A stretch of DNA of 41,138 nt from Candidatus Barnesiella excrementipullorum (GTDB taxonomy: Bacteria; Bacteroidota; Bacteroidia; Bacteroidales; Barnesiellaceae_A): NCBI GenBank assembly GCA_019114665.1, contig DXFB01000026.1, positions 1-41,138 of the forward strand, written 5' to 3'. The notes beneath the pieces are model-generated. The model was not told where the DNA came from and made no database searches. It saw only the letters and a list, made by a program, of their open reading frames with translations. Positions 17,804-26,293 of the stretch are shown one piece after another; positions within the stretch are counted from its first letter, which is position 1; every line of letters begins with the position of its first letter. The position numbers were made by a program, and so were the translations under genes.

Positions 17804-18895
17804 TTATCGACGAGTCAGTATCGTGGTGTATCTGCCGGGTGAATGAACATTTATTTGCATTTCGCGGCCTTCGATACGGGGGGCTGCAATGCCCTCGTGC
17901 AGCAACAGGGGAGAGGTCTCTATGCGTGCTTCGTCCCACAGCCCGGCGTCGATAAAGGATTGCAGCAGACGTGCGCCACCCTCAACCAGCAGACTTTGTA
18001 TCTTGCGGCGTGCCAGCTCGGGCATGAGGGCCTCTATCGCATTGCCGTCGGAGGGGAGGGGGAGTGTGTCGACGGTGGGCGATGAGCATTTTCCTACGAT
18101 GAGCGTTGGTGCCGACCCGTCCAGAAGTCGAGCCTGTGCAGGTATCGTGCCATTGCGGTCAATAGCTATGCGAAGGGGATTTTTGCCGCTCCAATGGCGT
18201 GTGGTCAGTGACGGATTGTCGGCCACGGCAGTGCGCGTGCCTACCAGAATAGCGTCGCACACAGCCCGCAGGCGGTGTGCCCACACGCGGGTGAGAGCGT
18301 CGGAGAGTTGTGCGGGCGGTTCGCAGTCGGGACGACGGCGGTCGATAAATCCATCGGAGCTTTGCGCCCATTTCAAGATGATGTAGGGGCGTTTTTTCTC
18401 TTGGAAGGTCATGAAAAAACGGTTCAGGGCGCGGCATTCGTCTTCGAGTATGCCTGTCGTTACTTCGATGCCTTGCTCACGCAGTCGCCCGATACCGCGA
18501 CCCGACACCTCGGGGAAGGGGTCGGTACAGCCTACTACGACGCGAGGAATGCGGCAGGAAATAATCAGTTCGCAACAAGGGGGCGTTTTGCCGTAATGAG
18601 AGCAGGGTTCGAGCGAGACGTAGAGAGTCGACTTTGCCAGCAGGCTTTTGTCGCGCACCGAGTTGATGGCATTGACCTCGGCATGGGCTTCTCCGCAGCA
18701 GCGATGATACCCTTCGCCGATGATGCGTCCGTCATATACGACTACGGCGCCCACCATGGGATTGGGCGAGGTGTGCCCTTGTGCCAATGCCGCTAATTGC
18801 AGGCAGCGGCGCATAAAAAATTCGTGGCTGCCGGGGAGTGTCTCCTTGGGGCGCACTCTCGATATGGCAGACGGCAAGTCAAAAGATATATCCAT
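17804..18895 (-). CDS. ribD: Bifunctional riboflavin biosynthesis protein RibD (deaminase/reductase)
   Basis: Motifs present are TSPNPMVGAVVV, HAEVNAI and SLEPCSHYGKTPPC (the CDA zinc motif), plus a C-terminal reductase domain with LLVEGGARLLQSF. The start could be downstream (M28, 18814). Confidence 0.9.
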   Translation of the reverse strand: MDISFDLPSAISRVRPKETLPGSHEFFMRRCLQLAALAQGHTSPNPMVGAVVVYDGRIIGEGYHRCCGEAHAEVNAINSVRDKSLLAKSTLYVSLEPCSHYGKTPPCCELIISCRIPRVVVGCTDPFPEVSGRGIGRLREQGIEVTTGILEDECRALNRFFMTFQEKKRPYIILKWAQSSDGFIDRRRPDCEPPAQLSDALTRVWAHRLRAVCDAILVGTRTAVADNPSLTTRHWSGKNPLRIAIDRNGTIPAQARLLDGSAPTLIVGKCSSPTVDTLPLPSDGNAIEALMPELARRKIQSLLVEGGARLLQSFIDAGLWDEARIETSPLLLHEGIAAPRIEGREMQINVHSPGRYTTILTRR

Positions 18896-18922
18896 ATAAT
18901 TTTTTTAATTTATCTATTTCTA

Positions 18923-18930
18923 TTATCTTT
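18923..18930 (+). promoter_or_regulatory. -7 promoter box (TAtcTTTG) for prmC
   Basis: tatctttgcag lies 67 nt upstream of the prmC ATG. The -33 region is T-rich but is not an exact TTTG. Confidence 0.4.
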
Positions 18931-18996
18931 GCAGACCGCTTGCACGACCGTGCCGAGCCTGTTCCATAAGAATGATTACGACCTTTTACGGGCATA

Positions 18997-19863
18997 TTGC
19001 AGCATAAAGTTATGCAGTACTCACTCGATTTGATACGTACAACGCTTCGCGGCTTGTATCCTCCGGGCGAGATAACATCCTTCACCCGCATGATATTGGA
19101 GGAGTTGTGCGGATTTACAACCGTCGATATCATTCTGCACAAAGATACGATTCTTCGAGACGAGATACACAAAAAAATCGCATCAATCGTAGAAAGGTTG
19201 TCGCATTACGAGCCTATCCAATATATTTTGGGCTCTACGCTTTTCTGCGGCCGGCGTTTTGCCGTGGGCAAAGGGGTGCTGATACCGCGTCCCGAGACCG
19301 AGGAGCTGGTGGATTGTATAATTCGCCAACACCAGGATGCGAAACCGACCTATATCGCCGACTATTGTACGGGTAGCGGCTGTATCGCCATTACGCTGGC
19401 GAAAAGTTTTGAGAACGTAAAAGTCGAGGGGTGGGATATATCGGAGGAGGCTCTGGCTTTTGCCCGCCGCAACGCCCGCGACAACGATGCGGCGGTAGAG
19501 TGGGGCATACGTGATGTGCTGGCGTACAAGCCTCGTGGAGAGTGCGGGTACGATATTGTCGTGAGCAATCCTCCATATGTGCTCGAAAGCGAAAAAGCCG
19601 GCATGGAGCGAAACGTCGTAGATTATGAGCCGCCTTGTGCCCTGTTTGTTCCGGATGACAATCCGTTGCTCTTCTACGATGCCATAGCGCAGATTGCATG
19701 GAGTGAGCTGCGCCCCGGCGGGAGACTCTATTTTGAGATAAACAGCCGGATGGGAGATGCGTGCCGTACCATGTTGCAGAACAAAGGTTGGAAAGAAATT
19801 GTAATATATAAAGACTTTTCGGGGCTCGACCGCATTGTCAGAGCCGAGAAAGTGATATGTTGA
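18997..19863 (+). CDS. prmC: Peptide chain release factor N5-glutamine methyltransferase
   Basis: Motifs present are YILG---F-GR-F-V---VLIPRPETE, a SAM-binding CTGSGCIA and the catalytic VSNPPYV. Confidence 0.88.
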   Translation: MQHKVMQYSLDLIRTTLRGLYPPGEITSFTRMILEELCGFTTVDIILHKDTILRDEIHKKIASIVERLSHYEPIQYILGSTLFCGRRFAVGKGVLIPRPETEELVDCIIRQHQDAKPTYIADYCTGSGCIAITLAKSFENVKVEGWDISEEALAFARRNARDNDAAVEWGIRDVLAYKPRGECGYDIVVSNPPYVLESEKAGMERNVVDYEPPCALFVPDDNPLLFYDAIAQIAWSELRPGGRLYFEINSRMGDACRTMLQNKGWKEIVIYKDFSGLDRIVRAEKVIC

Positions 19864-20375
19864 ATGTTAATATAAGGACAAACATGCCTGATACAATTAC
19901 CCGCGATGAAGCGTTCCGCAAACTCGCTGCCCGTTGCTCGGCCAAAGAGTGTTGCGTAGCCGAGGTGCGTGAAAAATTGCATAACTGGAATATTCCCCGC
20001 AAAGAGGAAGATAGTATTGTAGAGCAGTTGTTGAAGGAAAACTACATCGACGAGGCCCGCTATTGCAGGGCCTATGCGCAAGACCAGTTCCGTTTCTCGG
20101 GCTGGGGACGCATCAAGATAGGATATACTCTGAGACAGAAACAGATAGACCCTCTCACGGTGTCGCAATCGATGAAGGTTATAGATGAGACGGAGTATGT
20201 CGAGACGTTACTCCGCATTTTGAAGAGCAAATATCGGGGGCTTAAATCTGTCGACCCCTCGCTGCAAGGCGAGAAGCTGATGCGTTTTGCCGTGTCGCGC
20301 GGTTTTGAGATAGAGCTTATCAAGAAATGCCTCCGGGAGCTGTCGGTAGAATGCACGGTTGGCTCAGAGATATAG
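19857..20375 (+). CDS. recX: Regulatory protein RecX
   Basis: 172 aa made of repeated three-helix RecX-type modules (CCVAEVREKL---NI, VEQLLKENYIDEARYCRAYAQD and GWGRIKIGYTLRQKQI). It overlaps the prmC stop by 7 nt. Confidence 0.75.
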   Translation: MLNVNIRTNMPDTITRDEAFRKLAARCSAKECCVAEVREKLHNWNIPRKEEDSIVEQLLKENYIDEARYCRAYAQDQFRFSGWGRIKIGYTLRQKQIDPLTVSQSMKVIDETEYVETLLRILKSKYRGLKSVDPSLQGEKLMRFAVSRGFEIELIKKCLRELSVECTVGSEI

Positions 20376-21040
20376 GCGATTTTTTCTTTCCGCGTTGTTG
20401 CTTGGTATGCGGGAGGGTTTTGTTGCACGACGAAGAGTTTCTGTGCTGTCACTGTCTGCTCGACCTTCCGCGCACAGATTACGGGAGAGTGACCGACAAT
20501 CCTATGGAGCAACTTTTTTATGGCAAGTTACAGGTGGAGCGTTGTGCTGCCTATTTCTTCTTCACCGAGGGGGGCGACTATCGGCGGTTGATACACGACA
20601 TCAAATACAAGGGCGAGAAGGAGTGCGGGGCATACCTCGGAGCTCTCTTTGCCCGCGAGAATGCAGCGACGGGCCTTTTCGATTCGGTCGATTATCTGGT
20701 GCCCGTACCGCTCCATCCCCGCAAATGGCGCAAGCGCGGCTACAATCAGAGTGAGTGGATAGCCCGGGGCATTTCCGAAGCTACCGGCATACCTGTTTGC
20801 ACAGAGCTGCTCGAATGCGTTACAGACAGGCAGTCGCAAACTCATAAGGGCATATATGAGCGTTGGCTTTCGACACATGAGTCGTTCACAGCTCTGCCCG
20901 ATGTCATCCCGGCAGAGAGCCACGTGTTGCTGGTTGACGATGTCGTGACCACGGGGGCTACCCTGTTGGCTTGCGGTAAGGCTCTCGCCGCATCGGGGAT
21001 AAGCCGCATCAGTATCTGTGCGTTGTCGCTGGCTAAGTAG
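20351..21040 (+). CDS. ComF family protein (phosphoribosyltransferase domain)
   Basis: The N-terminus has a zinc-finger-like FFFPRCCLVCG----FLCCHC. The C-terminus has the PRTase motif VLLVDDVVTTGATL. The ORF is open from 20327. Confidence 0.8.
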   Translation: MHGWLRDIGDFFFPRCCLVCGRVLLHDEEFLCCHCLLDLPRTDYGRVTDNPMEQLFYGKLQVERCAAYFFFTEGGDYRRLIHDIKYKGEKECGAYLGALFARENAATGLFDSVDYLVPVPLHPRKWRKRGYNQSEWIARGISEATGIPVCTELLECVTDRQSQTHKGIYERWLSTHESFTALPDVIPAESHVLLVDDVVTTGATLLACGKALAASGISRISICALSLAK

Positions 21041-21117
21041 GCGAGGCAGATAGTGTTGTAATAAAAAAACAGAATCGAAATGTAACAGCCTGTGTAGTTT
21101 TATTCTTTTACTTTTTA

Positions 21118-21125
21118 TATCTTTG
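21118..21125 (+). promoter_or_regulatory. -7 promoter box (TAtcTTTG) for pyrE
   Basis: tatctttgcag lies 29 nt upstream of the pyrE ATG. There is a T-rich stretch about 20 nt further upstream. Confidence 0.45.
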
Positions 21126-21153
21126 CAGAGCAAATCAAAAAAATCTCCCAAAA

Positions 21154-21807
21154 ATGAAAAGTGTAGAAAAATTGCTGGCTGAGAAATTACTCGGCATTTG
21201 TGCCATAAAGTTACAACCCGCAAATCCGTTTGTATGGGCATCGGGATGGAACTCCCCTATTTATACCGATAACCGACGAACCCTGTCATATCCCGAAGTG
21301 CGCAGCTTTATCAAAGTGGAGTTGTGCCGTCTTATTCTCGAAAACTTCCCCGAGGTGCAAGCCATTGCCGGCGTTGCTACCGGAGCCATAGCACAAGGAG
21401 CGCTGGTGGCCGATACGTTGGGGCTCCCCTATGTATATGTGCGTTCGGCACCCAAAGACCACGGGTTGGAGAATCTTATAGAGGGCGCTTTGAAACCCGG
21501 TCAGAAAGTCGTTGTTATAGAAGACCTCGTATCGACGGGAAGCAGCAGTATCAAGGCGGTTGAAAGCATCCGCAATGCAGGCTGCGAGGTAATAGGTATG
21601 GCAGCCATATTTACCTACGGTTTCCCCGAGGCAACACGCCGTTTCAAGGCAGCCAATGTAGAGCTTGTAACGTTGGGCAACTACAATGCCATGCTCGAAG
21701 TGGCACTCGAAACCAATTATATCGCGGCCGATGAGCTGGAAACCCTGCAACAATGGCGTAAAGACCCGGCCAACTGGGGTCTGAACGACAAAGAGACAGA
21801 AATCTGA
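21154..21807 (+). CDS. pyrE: Orotate phosphoribosyltransferase
   Basis: Motifs present are WASGWNSPIYTDNR and the PRPP loop VVVIEDLVSTGSSS. Length is 217 aa. Confidence 0.9.
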   Translation: MKSVEKLLAEKLLGICAIKLQPANPFVWASGWNSPIYTDNRRTLSYPEVRSFIKVELCRLILENFPEVQAIAGVATGAIAQGALVADTLGLPYVYVRSAPKDHGLENLIEGALKPGQKVVVIEDLVSTGSSSIKAVESIRNAGCEVIGMAAIFTYGFPEATRRFKAANVELVTLGNYNAMLEVALETNYIAADELETLQQWRKDPANWGLNDKETEI

Positions 21808-21818
21808 TAACGATAGAT

Positions 21819-22253
21819 ATGAGTACCGAAACGTTCGAAAGTATCATAACGCATATACCGGCTCCCATAGAGACGGTATATGCTACTTTGTCGGACTTGA
21901 ACAACGTAAGTCGCTTGCGGGATGCAATCCCCCAGGACCGCGCGCAGCAGATAAAAGAGATGCGATTCGATGCCGACTCATGTACCATATCGGTCGACCC
22001 GGTGGGAGAGCTTACCTTTCGCGTCGTTATGCGTGAGCCGAACAAAACCATCAAGTTTACAGCCGAAAACTCCCCCATACCCCTGTTCTTGTGGATACAA
22101 CTGGTGGCGATAGACGAGCAAAATACGAAGACCCGCATTACGGTAAGGACCGATGTGAATCCCTTCTTGAAAAAAATGATTGCCAAACCGCTGAAAGAGG
22201 GGATAGACCGCATGGCACAAGCTCTCGCCATGATACCTTATAACAAATTGTAG
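21819..22253 (+). CDS. SRPBCC (START/polyketide-cyclase-like) family protein
   Basis: 144 aa. The N-terminus FESIITHIPAPIETVYATLSDLNNV is typical of SRPBCC. No other specific motif was seen. Confidence 0.6.
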   Translation: MSTETFESIITHIPAPIETVYATLSDLNNVSRLRDAIPQDRAQQIKEMRFDADSCTISVDPVGELTFRVVMREPNKTIKFTAENSPIPLFLWIQLVAIDEQNTKTRITVRTDVNPFLKKMIAKPLKEGIDRMAQALAMIPYNKL

Positions 22254-22388
22254 GCATACGCCGGCGCCTCTTTCCGTGGAGACCTTTTCCCGGACAAGGC
22301 TGCGACCTGTGCCGCCCTGTGATGTGGCTGCCCCCAAGCCTCTTGTAGAGGGCACAACCGAGTATAACCTTAAAATATATCTGTAACT

Positions 22389-22877
22389 ATGCAGAAAATC
22401 ATCATTGCCCTATGCGCCCTTGTTGCAGCAACCCTTTGGGCCGGCTGCGAAGAGACGCAATACGACCGCATTCCTGCGGCATCGGTAAGGATAGAGTTTG
22501 GCAACGCTGCGATATGGAGCGTCTACGGTGTTTCGGCATACCCCGACCATAGGGAGTTTATCAAAAACGAGAATTTGCCCCGCGGTTTTACGTATGTGGC
22601 CAATTCGGCAACGGGTTATGGCGGTGTCATGTTGTTGTGCGACCCGGTCAACACGATAAAGGCATACGACCTCTCATGTCCCGTAGAGCGTAGTTCTACC
22701 GTTCGCATAGAGTATGACGAAGAGGCTTTTGTATTGCGGTGCGACAAGTGCGGTTCTACCTACGATATTGCCACCGGTTCGCCTCTCTCGGGCATGGCCC
22801 ATGAGAACCGCTATTTCTTGCAGCAATATACAGTCTTTCTCAATGCGATGTCGGGAGGATGCCTTGTCACCCGCTGA
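22389..22877 (+). CDS. Lipoprotein with a degenerate Rieske-like domain
   Basis: The signal/lipobox is MQKIIIALCALVAATLWAGC. CPV-x18-CDKCGSTYDIATGSPLSG resembles CxH-x(n)-CxxHGxxFDxxTG, but the His ligands are replaced. Confidence 0.6.
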   Translation: MQKIIIALCALVAATLWAGCEETQYDRIPAASVRIEFGNAAIWSVYGVSAYPDHREFIKNENLPRGFTYVANSATGYGGVMLLCDPVNTIKAYDLSCPVERSSTVRIEYDEEAFVLRCDKCGSTYDIATGSPLSGMAHENRYFLQQYTVFLNAMSGGCLVTR

Positions 22878-22938
22878 GAGCATGCAGAGACAAGACCGCA
22901 ACATATAACTGAGTAATATAGAATAAAAGATAATTATC

Positions 22939-24927
22939 ATGGAGCATCTAAACGGTACGGCAACAGAAGAGTCCGAAGTTTGTGACTTGCGATTTCTCTC
23001 GTTGCTGTCGAAGAGATTCCCTACCATTGCAGACGCATGTACCGAGATAATCAATCTGGAAGCAATACTCGATTTGCCCAAGGGTACCGAGCACTTTCTT
23101 ACCGACATTCACGGTGAATACGAGGCTTTCCAGCATGTGCTGAAAAATGCTTCGGGTTCTGTCCGCCGGAAAGTAGATGAAATCTTCGGGCAAACCCTGC
23201 GTGAGGGCGAGAAGAAGGAGCTGTGTACGCTTATATACTATCCGGCCGAGAAATTGGAGCTGGTAAAGTCGACAGAGAAGGATATAGACGACTGGTACTA
23301 TATCACGTTGCACCAGCTTATCAAGGTATGCCGCAATGTCTCGTCGAAATATACGCGTTCCAAGGTGCAGAAGGCGCTGCCTCCCAAGTTTGCCTATATC
23401 TTGCAGGAGCTGTTGCATGAATCGCTCTCAGAACCCAAGCAGGGATATGTAAACGTAATCATATCGACTATTATAGAGGTGGGGCGTGCCGATGACTTCA
23501 TCATAGCCATGTGCGAGCTGATACAGCGTCTCATTATAGATTCGCTTCACATCGTGGGCGATATTTTCGACCGCGGTCCCGGCGCGCACATCATCATGGA
23601 CACGCTCTGCAATTACCACCATGTAGATATACAGTGGGGCAATCACGATATATTGTGGATGGGAGCGGCCTCGGGCAACAAAGCCTGTTTGGCCAATGTC
23701 ATACGCATAGCTTTGCGATACGGCAACCTCTCTACTATCGAAGACGGGTACGGCATCAACATACTGCCCCTCGCCACCTTTGCCATGGAGCAGTATGGCG
23801 ACGACGAATGCAGCGTATTTATGCCCACCGCTACGGCCCAAATCCACAATGCCAAGACCAACCGCCTCATCGCCAAGATGCAGAAGGCCATTGCCGTCAT
23901 ACAATTCAAGTTGGAGGGGCAAATCATACACCGCAACCCCGAGTATAAGATGGATGACCGTCTTTTGCTCGACAAGATAGATTTCGTAACCCGGAGTATT
24001 ACTATCGACGGTAAGTCATACCCGCTGCGCGATGCCTATTTCCCCACCATCGACCCTCGTAATCCCTACCGGCTTACCGATGAGGAGGCCGATGTGATGA
24101 AGAAACTGGGCCACTCTTTCCGCAACAGCGAGAAACTGCGCAAGCACATGCGCTGCCTTTACAGCAACGGAGGTCTCTATCTGGTACGCAACTCGAATCT
24201 GATGTTTCATGCCTCTATGCCCCTCAACGCCGATGGTACGTTCATGAAAGTGAGCATACGGGGCAAGGAGTATGCGGGCAAGGCTCTCTTCGATAAGGTA
24301 GAGCAGATTATACGGGAAGCCTATTTCGGCGATGCCTCCAACCCCGAGCATAACTTCGATGTCGACTATATGTGGTATCTGTGGTGTGGCCCGCAGTCGC
24401 CGTCGTATGATAAGGATAAAATGACGACTTTCGAGCGTTATTTTATTGCCGACAAAGAGGCGGCCAAGGAGGTAAAAGGGAACTACTATACGTTGCGCAA
24501 CGAAGAGGCTGTGTGCGACCGCATCTTGCGCGAGTTCGGCATCAACGGGCCTCATGCACACATTATCAACGGTCATATTCCCGTCAAGGTAGCCAAGGGC
24601 GAACAACCCGTCAAGGCAGGCGGTAAGCTGCTGGTTATCGACGGCGGTTTCTCCAAGGCATACCAGTCCGAGACGGGTATTGCAGGATATACGCTCATTT
24701 ATCACTCGCGAGGTTTGCAGCTGGTGCAGCATGAGCCGTTCCAGTCGACACAGAAAGCCATCGAAGAGGGCGTAGATATCATATCGAACCACTTTATCCT
24801 CGAATTCAGCAGCCAGCGCATGCATGTGAGAGATACGGACATAGGCGCCGAGCTGATAGAGCAGATTGGTGATTTGAAGAAACTGCTCTACGCATATCGT
24901 TCGGGACTTATCAAAGAGAGAGAGTAG
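22939..24927 (+). CDS. fbp: Fructose-1,6-bisphosphatase, class 3
   Basis: 662 aa with a metallophosphoesterase core (HIVGDIFDRGP and WGNHD). Overall length and the sequence LSKRFPTIADACTEIINLEAILDLPKGTEHFLTDIHGEY are characteristic of class III FBPase. Confidence 0.92.
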   Translation: MEHLNGTATEESEVCDLRFLSLLSKRFPTIADACTEIINLEAILDLPKGTEHFLTDIHGEYEAFQHVLKNASGSVRRKVDEIFGQTLREGEKKELCTLIYYPAEKLELVKSTEKDIDDWYYITLHQLIKVCRNVSSKYTRSKVQKALPPKFAYILQELLHESLSEPKQGYVNVIISTIIEVGRADDFIIAMCELIQRLIIDSLHIVGDIFDRGPGAHIIMDTLCNYHHVDIQWGNHDILWMGAASGNKACLANVIRIALRYGNLSTIEDGYGINILPLATFAMEQYGDDECSVFMPTATAQIHNAKTNRLIAKMQKAIAVIQFKLEGQIIHRNPEYKMDDRLLLDKIDFVTRSITIDGKSYPLRDAYFPTIDPRNPYRLTDEEADVMKKLGHSFRNSEKLRKHMRCLYSNGGLYLVRNSNLMFHASMPLNADGTFMKVSIRGKEYAGKALFDKVEQIIREAYFGDASNPEHNFDVDYMWYLWCGPQSPSYDKDKMTTFERYFIADKEAAKEVKGNYYTLRNEEAVCDRILREFGINGPHAHIINGHIPVKVAKGEQPVKAGGKLLVIDGGFSKAYQSETGIAGYTLIYHSRGLQLVQHEPFQSTQKAIEEGVDIISNHFILEFSSQRMHVRDTDIGAELIEQIGDLKKLLYAYRSGLIKERE

Positions 24928-24950
24928 TCTCTCTCCCTATCCTATACAAA

Positions 24951-24983
24951 GAGTCGTATCGTGTCGTGATGCGGCTCTTTTTT
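24951..24983 (+). terminator. Intrinsic terminator of fbp
   Basis: GAGUCGUAUC / GAUGCGGCUC forms a 10-bp stem with two G-U pairs and a 7-nt loop, followed by UUUUUU. It lies 24 nt after the stop codon. Confidence 0.75.
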
Positions 24984-25004
24984 ATCATAAGGTCTCTGTA
25001 TAAA

Positions 25005-25047
25005 CTCGCAGCGGCCGCTGTGAGTTATGACGAGCGGCCGCTGCGGG
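25005..25047 (-). terminator. GC-rich hairpin in the convergent gap; likely terminator of the pdxB-ending gene train
   Basis: Perfect 13-bp stem cgcagcggccgct / agcggccgctgcg (extendable to 15 bp) with a 13-nt loop. Each arm contains the GCGGCCGC palindrome. On the minus strand it is followed by AGUUUAUAC, a weak U tract. Confidence 0.5.
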
Positions 25048-25093
25048 GTATCTCTTGGAGCTGTTTTCCCAGAGCGGTATACCGGCGGGCAGG

Positions 25094-26215
25094 TTATGCT
25101 ATATGGAATCCTAACCGACGCAGTATGGCAGCCTCCTCTTCTTTTGCTCCGGTCACGGTGTAGGCCGGAAACTCGCGGCGAAGCCCATACGAGTTGCGCA
25201 TAGCCTCAAAGGTTTCGGGGTGCTGTTTCAGCTGTGCCGTTTCTGTGAGCGGATTGTAGCTTGACAATACCGCTGCCGACAGGCCGTCGGCAAGCCCCTC
25301 TACGCCGATTGTTGCAACCGTCGGCAGGGGCGGTACAATCGTTGATGTCTCTATTGTGATGCCCATTTCGCGCGCTACGGCTTCTACCGTCATACGGGTA
25401 GCGTTTGATTTTCCGTCGGCGGAGTATCCTGCGATGTGAGGCGTGGCGATGAATGCGGCGGCGAGCAATGCCGCATCTATCTGGGGTTCGCCCTCCCAAC
25501 AATCCATAATGACATCGCATATCTCTCCTTGCGACAGCGCCTTCAACAATGCCTTGTTGTCGACGACAGCACCGCGCGAGCTGTTTATAATCAGCGGCTT
25601 GCGTTGGGTTGCTGCAAAGAACTCCGCCGAGCCCAGATGATAGGTGGCATCACTCCCTTCGGCCGTGAGAGGGGTGTGGAAGGTAACAATATCGGCCTCG
25701 GCCGCGATGGTCGCGAGAGAGACAAACTTCTCGGCCCCTTCGGCCCGCGCGCGGGGTGGGTCGTTGAGCAAGACTCTCATCCCTATGGCCTTACAATATT
25801 GTTCTACCACCTTGCCTACATGTCCTGCGCCCACGATGCCTATCGTCAGGTCGGGCAGGTGCCGTTGCCGGGCATTTGCCCATGCCAGCAGCGATGCCAG
25901 CACGTATTGTCCCACCGATGAGGCGTTGCAGCCCGGGGCGTTGACCCAGCGGATGCCGTGGGCGGCACAGTATGCCGTGTCTATGTGGTCGTATCCGATG
26001 GTGGCCGTGGCAACAAAGCGGCAGGGGGAGCCTTGGAGCAGATGGCTGTCGATGTGCGTGCGGGTACGTATGATAAGCATGTCGGCCTCTCGCGCTACGC
26101 GATTGTCTATCTCGGCGGGTGCATGGTACGATACGAGAGCATAGGGCTCCAATATACCGCGCAAGTAGGGAATCTTGCTGTCGGCAACAATATGGGGTTT
26201 ATGGGTTGTCTTCAT
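25094..26215 (-). CDS. pdxB: 4-phosphoerythronate dehydrogenase
   Basis: It is a D-2-hydroxyacid dehydrogenase with the NAD motif IGIVGAGHVGK. It also has HTPLT and a PdxB-type start MKTTHKPHIVADSKIPYLRG, plus a C-terminal dimerisation domain. The ORF is open to 26257. Confidence 0.85.
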   Translation of the reverse strand: MKTTHKPHIVADSKIPYLRGILEPYALVSYHAPAEIDNRVAREADMLIIRTRTHIDSHLLQGSPCRFVATATIGYDHIDTAYCAAHGIRWVNAPGCNASSVGQYVLASLLAWANARQRHLPDLTIGIVGAGHVGKVVEQYCKAIGMRVLLNDPPRARAEGAEKFVSLATIAAEADIVTFHTPLTAEGSDATYHLGSAEFFAATQRKPLIINSSRGAVVDNKALLKALSQGEICDVIMDCWEGEPQIDAALLAAAFIATPHIAGYSADGKSNATRMTVEAVAREMGITIETSTIVPPLPTVATIGVEGLADGLSAAVLSSYNPLTETAQLKQHPETFEAMRNSYGLRREFPAYTVTGAKEEEAAILRRLGFHIA

Positions 26216-26293
26216 TGTGTCGTTATCACTATATCGGTTGGTTATTGCGGCTTGCATATTGAGCCGCGTTTTCTCTCACTCTTGTTATCCTTC

